A stretch of DNA of 64,000 bases from NCBI GenBank assembly GCA_950097015.1, contig CATNEN010000005.1, positions 620,001 to 684,000 of the forward strand, read 5' to 3'. This document shows, one piece after another, positions 39,455 to 51,086 of the stretch. Every line of letters begins with the position of its first letter. The stretch's first letter is position 1. The translations under genes and the position numbers were made by a program. Source of the DNA: Macrostomum hystrix. Its lineage: Eukaryota; Animalia; Platyhelminthes. The notes under the pieces are model-generated. The model made no database searches. It was not told the origin of the DNA and worked only from the letters and a program-made list of their open reading frames with translations.

Positions 39455-40195
39455 GAGAAGTTGTAGCCTAGTGGTTAGGGCGTCGGACTCACGACTTGAA
39501 GGTCGGGGGTTCGATTCCCGACTCCACTGAAACAATTTGTGTCCTTTAGCAAGATACTTAACTCTGCATTGCTTCAGTTCACACAGCTGTTAAATAGGTA
39601 CCAGCATTAGCTGGGATAATTGAAGGTGGGTGTGGCGTCCCCTCCCCCAGTCCATGGACTGAACAGCCGTACTCAGCCTTCAGATGCCCGCTAAAAAATA
39701 GGGATGTTTCTTTGGGTGATTCCAGTTGGAATCTGCGATGTTTCCAGAAAAAGAAACAGCCGAACGCTGGAAACATACCAATCGGATGATTCCGTGCTTA
39801 GAATCTACCCAACTGGGCGTTTTCTCGGTGCTTCTTGGTGGCGAAATGGAATCACCCAAAGAATCCTCCAGTTCGGAAGATTCCATGCTCAGAAACCGCC
39901 GAGGAATCGCCCGTAAATAATTTTCTGGTTGTCCCATGGGCCACTGGTTCGGGTGATTCTTCGGCGGTTTCCGCACAATTTACGGTTACATCGGCTGCTT
40001 CCTGGGTCGTTTCTTTAACTCTTGCGAGATAGGGGGGATTTTGGTGGATTCCACTCCTATTTTGCACAAAAAACCCGCCGAAGAAGCAGCCGAATTTTTT
40101 ACAGGGTGCGCCGCGCATTAGCTGCGGCTGCGCTGTCGGCTGCACATCTGGCCCTATTACGGCAGGTGTAATCAATTAATAATTATTATTATTAT
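39455..40195 (+). mobile_element. tRNA-derived SINE with Nin/Deu-like central domain, interrupted by a DNA element
   Basis: A box TAGCCTAGTGG, B box GGTTCGATTCC, core gtcctttagcaagatacttaactctgcattgcttcagttcacacagctgttaaataggtacc and (ATT)n tail. Second copy at 61294. Confidence 0.85.
39687..40106. mobile_element. 420-bp non-autonomous TIR element, CMC/EnSpm-like
   Basis: Termini CCCGCTAAAAAAT / ATTTTTTACAGGG, TG flanking both sides (2-bp TSD) and internal inverted subrepeats. Absent from the sister SINE copy. Confidence 0.75.
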
Positions 40196-40789
40196 TGCTA
40201 CACTAAACACTTTCTACGTTAATAAAAATTTCTAGATGTCTTTTGTGTGTTTTGGCATTTCTCTGTGTCGCCTAGTTGTAGTTATTGTATCTATTAGCTT
40301 AGATTTTTTCATAAACTTGTCACTATTATCAACAGTTTATTGTAAACACATTCCTTGCGTCCAGTACACTTTTTTTATATAGCTTTATGTGTTTTGCATA
40401 TTTAATATTATGTTATTGCTATATACATATGTATACATGTTATTAATAAGTAATCATAATTAATATTCTTTCACACACAGCTCCGTAATGCCAACTTTCT
40501 GAGCAATAAATTGTTTCCAAACTATAATAGGCTTTTTTCTTCTCAGAAAATGTTGCACTTTTTCATGTGTCTTAGAATACAATTAACTCGAACAAGTTTT
40601 TTTCTACCTAATAAACTCATTATTTCCTCGTTCTCTTTTATATATTTTTCCTGTTTTAAGCAATAAAACTGTTGCTTTGAGTTGCTGATAAACCTTTGTC
40701 AGGGTTCACTCAGTTATTTTAATTTAATTTAGACTATAACATATACTCTAGTTTCTTATGTTATATTATCTTATCGATTCCGCGGCTAT

Positions 40790-41150
40790 ATAATCATAAT
40801 AATCATTGCAGGAGGGCTGCGGGCAATGGCACATCATTTAGTGACACTAGACCCGCAGCCAGCGAGGAGGCAATTCTGCCCATTTCGCTGACTCCTGAGC
40901 ACACACGCACACAGATCCTGTACGCAGGCACACGCTCACACAGGTGTGTACATCTGCCCTGACTTTCTCATCGTCGGGCAGTGTACATTTCGCTGTGCCT
41001 TGGAGGTTGGCCCTCAAGGGCGTAAATTGCACGACAAGCCCCCAAGCCTTCTCTCCGCGGCTGCGCCCCAAATGAATTTGGCCTCGCCGTGGAATCGAAC
41101 TTAGGGACCCTGGTGCGAGAGGCAACGCGATAACCGCTCTGCCACCGACC
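40790..41150 (-). mobile_element. tRNA-derived SINE of a second family
   Basis: Minus-strand head 41150-41080 with A box TGGCAGAGCGG and B box GTTCGATTCC. GC-rich body and ATT-rich tail near 40790-40805. Confidence 0.7.
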
Positions 41151-42094
41151 CCCCTGAGGGCCAACCTCCAAGGTGCAGTGAGAGTGTACACTGCCTCACG
41201 ATGAGCAAGTCACGGCAGATGTACACACCTGTGTGAGCGTGTGCTCAGGAATCAATGGAATTTTAAGCGACTTAAAAATTTCATAAACTAAAAAATGTTC
41301 CGAGCTTTTTGTTTGAAGCTTCAAAGAGAAAAAAATCACGGAATTCAGAAAAACGACGACTGCTCATTGACCAGACTGTGGTTTCTTTCGGCTAAGAAAA
41401 TTGCTTACCTGGGTCGTCTTCCCCCTTTCCTCCCCCCCCAGCCGTGTCCGTCGCATTATTGTGCTCAACTGAGCACACTGATAAAGGCATGTTCAGAGGC
41501 CTGTCATTAGTATAGCTGGTTGTTCCTTTCCCTGCCAAATTCAGCAACGGACAGGAAGCTTAACGAAAGAAGGCTTGAAAATTGGCTTGAAATTTGCCGC
41601 CGCTGCGACTGACGGATCGGCTCTGCCTCGGTTGTTTGAGTCTGCGGAAAGATTGTAGCAGCCAGCTAGGCAATCATCTTTGTTCGGATTTAAATGAAAC
41701 ATTTCATGAGGCTACGAGTTTCTAGAATCTAGAATCTATTTTCTTATCATCTGCATCTAGGTGCGGCAATCATGGGTCCTGAGCTCCTATTTGGGACTGA
41801 AATGTTGGAGAATTTTCGTCCGCTGATTGGACAGGTGGCCTTTGTTTGAATAGGGAATGTTTGTTGTACCCTATAGCGCTACCCCAGATGGCGCATTTTC
41901 TAGATAGAATAAAAACATTATATGTGCCTTCGTATTCGATGTCAAAATCAACATTAGTTAGCGTTACTAAGATTCCACTTTTATACCTTATTACCTTTGT
42001 CATTATTATATTTAAAGTTTTGCGATCACCTATCGAAAAATCTAGATTTTTTAGATAGAGCTAGATTTTAAGTTAATAGAAAATATAAAATATT

Positions 42095-42615
42095 TGGAGA
42101 TTATCGACATAGATATTAGGGTTATTAACCTGGACTTTGGGATTAATGACATAGATTTCGGGATTATCGACATGGATTTTGAGATTATCGATACGGGTTT
42201 TTGGGATTTTCGATAGGGATTTCGGGATTATCGACCGATATATATGGATTATCAACATAGATATCAGGATTATCGACATGGATATCAGGATTATCGACAG
42301 AGATATCGGGATTATCGACAGATTTCGGGATTATCGACATAGATATCGGGATTATCGACATAGATATCGGGATTATCGACACAGATATCAGGATTATCGA
42401 CATAGATATCAGGATTATCGACATAGATATCTGGATTATCGACATAGAAATCTGGATTATCGACATAGATATCGGGATTATCGACACAGATATCAGGATT
42501 ATCGACATAGATATCAGGATTATCGACATAGATATCAGGATTATCGACATAGATATCTGGATTATCAAGATAGATGTCGGGATTACCGACAGAGATGTCG
42601 GGATTATCGACATGG
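42095..42615. repeat. 21-bp minisatellite gattatcgacatagatatcag
   Basis: Tandem copies. Confidence 0.95.
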
Positions 42616-43164
42616 ATGTTGATGTATTGACAAAAGAGACCGTCAAATATATATTTAAAGTTAACTTGAAGAAACAAACATTTTTAGGATTTCCAGAAAA
42701 GAGGATTCGATACGACAGTAAAAAGTCCACAATTTCAAAAGTGTCCCTGATCGAATTATATCTCGCAGATGGAATTTGTTATCCGAATAACCAAAGGGTT
42801 TATAAAATACTCAGTTATTAACACGGACTGCAAAAAAACAGTACTTGGATTACAATTTTCCAATCTTGCCGCGAGAATTCTACTCACTCTTCTCGCTTCC
42901 ATGAATAATAAATAAATATGTTTGCATAAAGTCTGCCACAACTGAAAAGTTTCACTCAACGATGTTTACATTGTGAAATAACTATGATTAAAAAACACGT
43001 AGAGTACTATCATTTTCTGACGAAACAAATCTACTGTTATATAATAAAATTAATACTGTATAATTTATACGGCTGTAAAGCTGTGATATTTACAAAAAGC
43101 TTCATGTTGTAAGTAGACCACTGCATTTTATGTATTTAATTGTCTATAATAGATTACTAGTAGG

Positions 43165-43857
43165 CTGTTTCAGTTTACTGTTAGATATGGGACAGTTGAG
43201 TAGATTAGGCTGTTACAGTTGACTGTTAGATATGGGACAGTTGAGTAGATTAGGCTGTTACAGTTTACTGTTAGATATGGGACAGTTGAGTTAGGCTGTT
43301 ACAGTTTACAGTTAGATATGGGACAGTTGAGTTAGGCTGTTACAGTTTACAGTTAGATATGGGACAGTTGAGTTAGGCTGTTACAGTTTACAGTTAGATA
43401 TGGGACAGTTGAGTAGATTAGGCTGTTACAGTTTACAGTTAGATATGGGACAGTTGAGTAGATTAGGCTGTTACAGTTTACAGTTAGATATGGGACAGTT
43501 GAGTTAGGCTGTTACAGTTTACAGTTAGATATGGGACAGTTGAGTAGATTAGGCTGTTACAGTTTACAGTTAGATATGGGACAGTAGAGTAGATTAGGCT
43601 GTTACAGTTTACTGTTAGATATGGGACAGTTAAGTAGATTAGGCTGTTACAGTTTACTGTTAGATATGGGACAGTTGAGTAGATTTGGCTGTTCCAGTTT
43701 ACTGTTAGATATGGGACAGTTGAGTAGATTAGGCTGTTACAGTTTACAGTTAAATATGGGACAGTTGAGTAGATTAGGCTGTTACAGTTGACTGTTAGAT
43801 TTGGGACAGTAGAGTAGATTAGGCTGTTACAGTTTACAGTTAGATATGGGACAGTTA
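43165..43857. repeat. 40/45-bp minisatellite ttagatatgggacagttgagtagattaggctgttacagtttacag
   Basis: Tandem copies with a 5-bp indel variant. Confidence 0.95.
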
Positions 43858-43864
43858 AAATAAT

Positions 43865-45460
43865 CCCTGAATTAGGATCTCCCATTTTGAAATCCCGAAT
43901 GTAGGATCTCCCATTTTGAAATCCCGAATGTAGGATCTCCCATTTTGAAATTTCAAATGTAGGATCTCCCATTTTGAAATCCCGAATGTAGGATCTCCCT
44001 TTTAGAAATCCCGAATGTAGGATCTCCGATTTTAAAATCCTGAATGTAGGATCTCCCATTTTAAAATGCTGAATTTAGGATCTCCCATTTTGAAATCCCG
44101 AATGTACGATCTCCCATTTTGAAATCCCGAATGTACGATCTCCCATTTTGAAATCCCGAATGTACGATCTCCCATTTTGAAATCCCGAATGTACGATCTC
44201 CCATTTTGAAATCCCGAATGTAGGATCTCCCTTTTAGAAATCCCGAATGTAGGATCTCCCATTTTAAAATCCTGAATGTAGGATCTCCCATTTTAAAATC
44301 CCGAATGTAGGATCTCCCTTTTAGAAATCCCGAATGTAGGATCTCCCATTTTAAAATCCTGAATGTAGGATCTCCCATTTTAAAATGCTGAATTTAGGAT
44401 CTCCCATTTTGAAATCCCGAATGTAGGATCTCCCATTTTGAAATCCCGAATGTACGATCTCCCATTTTGAAATCCCGAATGTACGATCTCCCATTTTGAA
44501 ATCCCGAATGTACGATCTCCCATTTTGAAATCCCGAATGTAGGATCTCCCTTTTAGAAATCCCGAATGTAGGATCTCCCATTTTAAAATCCTGAATGTAG
44601 GATCTCCCATTTTAAAATCCCGAATGTAGGATCTCCCTTTTAGAAATCCCGAATGAAGAATCTCCCATTTTAAAATCCTGAATGTAGGATCTCCCATTTT
44701 AAAATCCTGAATGTAGGATCTCCGATTTTAAAATGCTGAATGTAGGATCTCCCATTTTAAAATGCTGAATGTAGGATCTCCGATTTTAAAATGCTGAATG
44801 TAGGATCTCCCATTTTAAAATGCTGAATGTAGGATCTCCGATTTTAAAATCCCGAATGTAGGATCTCCCATTTTAAAATCCCGAATGTAGGATCTCCCAT
44901 TTCAAAATCCCGAATGTAGGATCTCCCATTTTCAAATCCCGAATGTATAGGATCTCCCATTTTAAAATCCTGAATGTAGGATCTCCCTTTTTAAAATCCT
45001 GAATGTAAGATCTCCCATTTTAAAATGCTGAATGTAGGATCTCCGATTTTAAAATGCTGAATGTAGGATCTCCCATTTTAAAATGCTGAATGTAGGATCT
45101 CCGATTTTAAAATCCCGAATGTAGGATCTCCCATTTTAAAATCCCGAATGTAGGATCTCCCATTTCAAAATCCCGAATGTAGGATCTCCCATTTTCAAAT
45201 CCCGAATGTATAGGATCTCCCATTTTAAAATCCTGAATGTAGGATCTCCCTTTTTAAAATCCTGAATGTAAGATCTCCCATTTTAAAATCCTAAATGTAG
45301 GATCTCCCATTTTAAAATCCTGAATGTAGGATCTCCCATTAAAAAAAATCCCGAATGAAGGTTCTCCCATTTAAAAAAATCCCGAGTGTAGTATCTTCCA
45401 TTTAAAATAATCCGAATGTAGGATCTCCCTTTTAGAAATCGCAAATGTAGGATTTCCCGT
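43865..45460. repeat. 29-bp minisatellite taggatctcccattttaaaatcccgaatg
   Basis: About 55 copies, directly abutting the previous array. Confidence 0.97.
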
Positions 45461-46179
45461 TACCAGGTATTCTTATTCCAAACTGAAGTACACGACTTAC
45501 AATCGCTTTCAAGCCCTTGACAATAATCGCGTCTTGAATCCCTATGGACATTATTCCTCTCAATCTACAATAGTTGTGTGGGAGATTTCAAATACATGTA
45601 GAGCAACCAAATCCCTATCGTAATGCCTATGGTAATAAGATTTTTTCTAATTTAAGAAAGCTCGTTCAGCTAGCATATTAACTGCTGTATTCCATTCGTG
45701 CAAAGGAATTAACAAAAAATCAGATTATGGAGCGGATAGTGGATTAACGACATTTTCAGTACTCACCACTGCTCATAGAAACTGCTAGATGTCACAATCA
45801 TTCACTAATCCGATCAGACAACTCACTCAGCTGTTCTGAACTTCTTTGATCGGTTAAAAATAGTTCAATGCAAGCCAGACTTCAATCTGCGATTAGAAGA
45901 AGACTGAGCGTGCTGTTTTGCGATACGCATAGACAAAGATTGGCCCCTACAGCTAACATAATGACTGCTGCGCGTGTAATGACAGGGATTTACGCGGGTA
46001 CAGACAGCATAATTCATTAGTCTCATCCTGCATGGCTTTCTAGTCTCATTAACACAGTTCTAAATATACCCGGGACCAGAATTGCAACTAACAGGTTCGT
46101 GTCAAATGTGTTTGTCATTCTGTAACTCTCTGAAAAACTCGATGGTTGCTACCGGCTCATATACAATCTGCTATATTTC

Positions 46180-47340
46180 ATCTAGAGTATCCCATCTAGA
46201 ATATCCCATCTAGATTATTCCGTCTAGTCTAGAATATCCATCTAGAATATCCCATCTAGATTATCCTATCTAGAATATCCAGTCTAGAATATCCAGTCAA
46301 GAATATCCAGTCTAGAATATCCAGTCTAGAATATCCAGTCTAGAATATCCAGTCTAGAATATCCAGTCTAGAATATCCAGTCTAGAATATCCAGTCTAGA
46401 ATATCCAGTCTAGAATATCCAGTCTAGAATATCCAGTCTAGAATATCCAGTCTAGAATATCCAGTCTAGAATATCCAGTCTAGAATATCCAGTCTAGAAT
46501 ATCCAGTCTAGAATATCCAGTCTAGAATATCCAGTCTAGAATATCCAGTCTAGAATATCCAGTCTAGAATATCCAGTCTAGAATATCCAGTCTAGAATAT
46601 CCAGTCTAGAATATCCAGTCTAGAATATCCAGTCTAGAATATCCAGTCTAGAATATCCAGTCTAGAATATCCAGTCTAGAATATCCAGTCTAGAATATCC
46701 AGTCTAGAATATCCAGTCTAGAATATCCAGTCTAGAATATCCAGTCTAGAATATCCAGTCTAGAATATCCAGTCTAGAATATCCTGTCTAGGTTATCTTG
46801 TCTAGATTATCCAGTCTAGAATATCCAGTCTAGAATATCCAGTCTAGAATATCCAGTCTAGAATATCCTGTCTAGGTTATCTTGTCTAGATTATCCAGTC
46901 TAGAATATCCAGTCTAGAATATCCTGTCTAGGTTATCTTGTCTAGATTATCCCATCTAGAATATCCCGTCTAGAATATCCCGACTAAAATATCCCGTCTA
47001 GATTATCCCGTCTAGATTATCCCGACTAAAATATCCCGTCTAGATTATCCCGACTAAAATATCCCGTCTAGATTATCCCGACTAAAATATCCCGTCTAGA
47101 TTATCCCGTCTTGAATATCCAGTCTAGAATATCCAGTCTAGAATATCCAGTCTAGAATATCCAGTCTAGAATATCCCGACTAAAATATCCCGTCTAGATT
47201 ATCCCGTCTAGATTATCCCGACTAAAATATCCCGTCTATATTATCCCGTCTAGATTATCCCGTCTAGATTATCCCGTCTAGATTATCCCGTCTAGATTAT
47301 CCCGTCTTGAATATCCCGTCTCGAATCTCACATCTCGATT
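46180..47340. repeat. 14-bp minisatellite tctagaatatccag
   Basis: Homogeneous core with variant flanks. Confidence 0.97.
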
Positions 47341-47954
47341 CTCCTATGCAAAACCCCATCTAGTATCTGCCTAGTGAATTCTGTAATAGTTTTATCACAT
47401 CTATATTATACTATCTGCAAACGCAGGCTCGATTGTGTCTTATCTGATAACCCAGATTATCCTATTTGAATGAGACACATCTGGAGTCTCTCTGAGTACT
47501 GCATTAGCATTAGCGTATCATAATCCACAAGCCAGTTCCTAACTCCCAAAATAATATCCCGATAGTGTTTTCTGTGTTATCCTTCTTGAAGAAGAAGCTC
47601 AAGTCCTCTGGTCCCTAGAGAAAATTTCTTTATTTAGCTCGTATAACCACTGTGCTGAATAATGAGTTTTATGAGTCTACTAATTACTGCTTTTTCTTAT
47701 TGGTTAAGTACTTAGTTTCTAAGAAACGTGTGATCTGCTTTTTGCCAGTATAGCATACCATACAATGCCAGTTTGCTTTAGTAGCAGTAATGTTTGGAAA
47801 ATGACTCCCATCAAAATCTCCCGTCTAGATCCTCCCTTTAGAATCCCTCGTCTATAATCACCGCCTTCTTTATTTCACTGCTTTATAACTCCATCTAGAA
47901 TAATTAATCTAATATTCCCTATCTAACATCCTCCAACCTATGAAGAATTTTTAA

Positions 47955-48830
47955 TCTAGAATATCCCATCTAGAATCTCCCATCTAGAATCTCCCATCTA
48001 GAATCTCCCATCTAGAATCTCCCATCTAGAATCTCCCATCTAGAACCTCTCATCTAGAATCTCCCATCTAGAACCTCCCATCTAGAACCTCCCATCTAGA
48101 ATCTCCCATCTAGAACCTCCCATCTAGAATCTCCCATCTAGAATCTCCCATCTAGAATCTCCCATCTAGAACCTCCCATCTAGAATCTCCCATCTAGAAT
48201 CTCCCATCTAGAATCTCCCATCTAGAATCTCCCATCTAGAATCTCCCATCTAGAATCTCCCATCTAGAATCTCCCATCTAGAATCTCCCATCTAGAATCT
48301 CCCATCTAGAATCTCCCATCTAGAACCTCCCATCTAGAATCTCCCATCTAGAATCTCCCATCTAGAACCTCCCATCTAGAACCTCCCATCTAGAATCTCC
48401 CATCTAGAATCTCCCATCTAGAACCTCCCATCTAGAATCTTCAATCTAGAATCTCCCATCTAGAACCTCCCATCTAGAATCTCCCATCTAGAACCTCCCA
48501 TCTAGAATCTCCCATCTAGAATCTCCCATCTAGAACCTCTCATCTAGAATCTCCCATCTAGAACCTCCCATCTAGAATCTCCCATCTAGAATCTCCCATC
48601 TAGAATCTCCCATCTAGAATCTCCCATCTAGAATCTCCCATCTAGAATCTCCCATTTAGAATCTCCCATCTAGAATCTCCCATCTAGAATCTCCCATCTA
48701 GAATCTCCCATCTAGAACCTCCCATCTAGAATATCCCATCTAGAATCTCCCATCTAGAATCTCCCATCTAGAATCTCCCATCTAGAATCTTCAATCTAGA
48801 ATCTTCAATCTAGAATCTTCAATCCATCTA
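47955..48830. repeat. 14-bp minisatellite tctagaatctccca
   Basis: Sibling of the previous array. Confidence 0.97.
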
Positions 48831-49109
48831 GATTATAACAAATGGTTCTTTGTTCTTATCAATCAGATTATTATGTCAAAGTTTTTTTTGACGTCGACTC
48901 CAGTAATTAAAAAGTCAGACAAGCACAAAGTCTTGTCCTAAGACATGACTACTCTGATGGAAATAAATGCAGAGCAATCGAAAATCACCTGGCGAGGCAG
49001 TGATTTTTAGCTGACAGGATAATTGCGGTGCCTACCGTGATATCTGCCTGGGTACAAGCAGAGGTTGCAAGTCAACTGTTATTATGTTTTTTTCTTCCCT
49101 AACTCTTCT

Positions 49110-49547
49110 CTTTTCTGCTGAATGTCGGAGGGGTTGGTCGTAACAGAGGGTTGGGGTTTTCGTGTGAATGTCGGAGTGGTTGGTCGCAACTGGGTGTAGG
49201 GGTTTTAAGCTGAATGTCGGAGGGGTTGGTCGCAACAGGGTGTAGGGGTTTTAAGCTGAATGTCGGAGGGGTTGGTCGCAACAGGGGGTAGGGAGGGTTT
49301 TTAGGCTGAATGTCGGAGGGGTTGGTCGTAACAGGGGGTTGGGGTTTTCGGGTGAATGTCGGAGGGGGTAGGGGTTTTCTGCTGAATGTCGGAGGGGTTG
49401 GTCGTAACAGGGGGTTGGGGTTTTCGGGTGAATGTCGGAGGGGGTAGGGGTTTTCTGCTGAATGTCGGAGGGGTTGGTCGTAACAGGGGGTTGGGGTTTT
49501 CGGGTGAATGTCGGAGGGGTTGGTCGCAACAGGGGGTAGGGGTTTTA
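49110..49547. repeat. G-rich minisatellite with core gctgaatgtcggaggggttggtcg
   Basis: Variable-length tandem units. Confidence 0.9.
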
Positions 49548-50182
49548 TGGCCGTATGAAATTTTTAGCATTTTTTGCAAGCCGTTTTGCGGAAATCACGT
49601 CCTATATAAGTATTATGGGTCTTATAAAGCCTAGAATTAGACTACTAAAACATGATAAAATTTCATTATTTCCTTGTTTTTTATGATTTGTTTACAATTC
49701 AGCAAATCAACAGCGACCTATGATGCATAAAAAAGTTTCCACTTCAATATCTTCCCAACTGGTTCAACATTGACTAGGTTTATATGCTGCAGAAACACGA
49801 AAAATGCATTCGAATCGGTGCCACAAACTATGGTTTTTTGCAGGATAACAAAAAAATCACGTATTACTCTAGTATTTAGGACAACTCATATCCTTCATTC
49901 TCATTGGCTTCTATCAGCCTCGGCGTATGATTGGGCATCACAATTCACAGGGCGTATCTGTATGGCCCTTAAAGGGTAAAAATCCCCAAAAAGAGGAGAT
50001 AATTAAGAAACAGGGACTTAGAAGCGTAGAAAAGAATATCCTTGCTTTCTCAGAAAAAAACTAAATTTTTATAAATCAGATCAACCGACGGAAATGTTCA
50101 TTAATCCAGTGAGTAAAATAATATTTTTAACCAATAAATCGATTGCCCAATTTATATCGATTATGCGATATTGATTTTGCAG

Positions 50183-50501
50183 GTTAATCTAAGCGAGTAT
50201 GATGTCACCCTGCACATCACCCAAGGCATTTCCGGTCTGCGTCAATTGGATCGTTCAGACATTTGCCTCATAACTTTGTACGCTATTATATCGGTTCTGT
50301 CTCTAGGTGGAAATGGCTTCTTTATCTACCTGAGCATCAGGTACAGCAGATTAAGGAGACACATCTCTTATATTATGATCAACTTGGCCGGCTCAAACCT
50401 TTTGGTCACGTGCTTCTGCATACCGGCATCGGTTTATAGATTATTCTATCTTAGATGGGATCTGGGCGCCATAGGATGCAAGATAGTCATGTTTGTGGAA
50501 G
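50183..50501 (+). CDS. Class A (rhodopsin-like) GPCR, exon with N-terminus and TM1-TM3
   Basis: Acceptor ttttgcag|GTT. TM1 LGGN, TM2 INLAGSNLL, ECL1 W and TM3 GCK. Donor G|gtgag. Start codon must lie in an unidentified upstream exon. Confidence 0.85.
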
Positions 50502-50539
50502 GTGAGTTTTACGGAGAGCGCGTTTTCTATTGTGTTACA

Positions 50540-50915
50540 AGGGTGATAGGAGAGTTAGGCTGAATGGCGGAGTGGGGTGGTTGCGTCGGGGGTAGAGTTT
50601 AGGTTGAATGGCGGAGTGGGGTAGTTGCGTCGGGGGTATAGTTTAGGCTGAATGGCGGAGTGAGGTGGTTGCGTCGGGGGTAGAGTTTAGGCTGAATGGC
50701 GGAGTGAGGTGGTTGCGTCGGGGGTAGAGTTTAGGCTGAATGGCGGAGTGAGGTGGTTGCGTCGGGGGTAGAGTTTAGGCTGAATGGCGGAGTGAGGTGG
50801 TCGCATCGGGGGTAGAGTTTAGGCTGAATGGCTGAGTGAGATAGTTCCAACGTTATTAGAATTTAGGCTGAATGGCGGAGTGGGGTGGTTGTGTCGGGGG
50901 TAGAGTTTAGGCTGA
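50540..50915. repeat. 44-bp G-rich minisatellite aggctgaatggcggagtgaggtggttgcgtcgggggtagagttt
   Basis: About 8 copies in the GPCR intron. Confidence 0.95.
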
Positions 50916-51086
50916 GACGTGTAGGATATGTGCTTATTGTTAATTTCATTTTGAGTCGCTTTTGTGGATCAGTTTTTAGATGCCAAGGTTTGATAAAGCC
51001 TTATTTATTTAGGAAAACACAAGGAAATGGCAAATTTGGTAGTCAAACTATACCAATAAAGACAATTATTCTCCACGCACTCGAAG

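Noticed and set aside
39460-39535. Possible tRNA genes (also 61297-61370 and 41080-41150)
   Set aside because: A and B boxes are present, but I could not form a clean acceptor stem, and each continues into a SINE body and tail.
41290-41700. GC-richer unique segment with a minus-strand donor-like cag|gtaagc
   Set aside because: No sustained open frame or partner exon found; it may be regulatory or UTR sequence but cannot be called.
45480-45625. Short + frame containing NRFQAL, suggestive of a retroelement ORF1 remnant
   Set aside because: About 50 codons with no further support; could be chance.
50885-51086. N-terminal extension of the 382-aa GPCR ORF
   Set aside because: It begins in the 44-bp array. 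TM1-TM3 are supplied by the upstream exon through a phase-1 intron.
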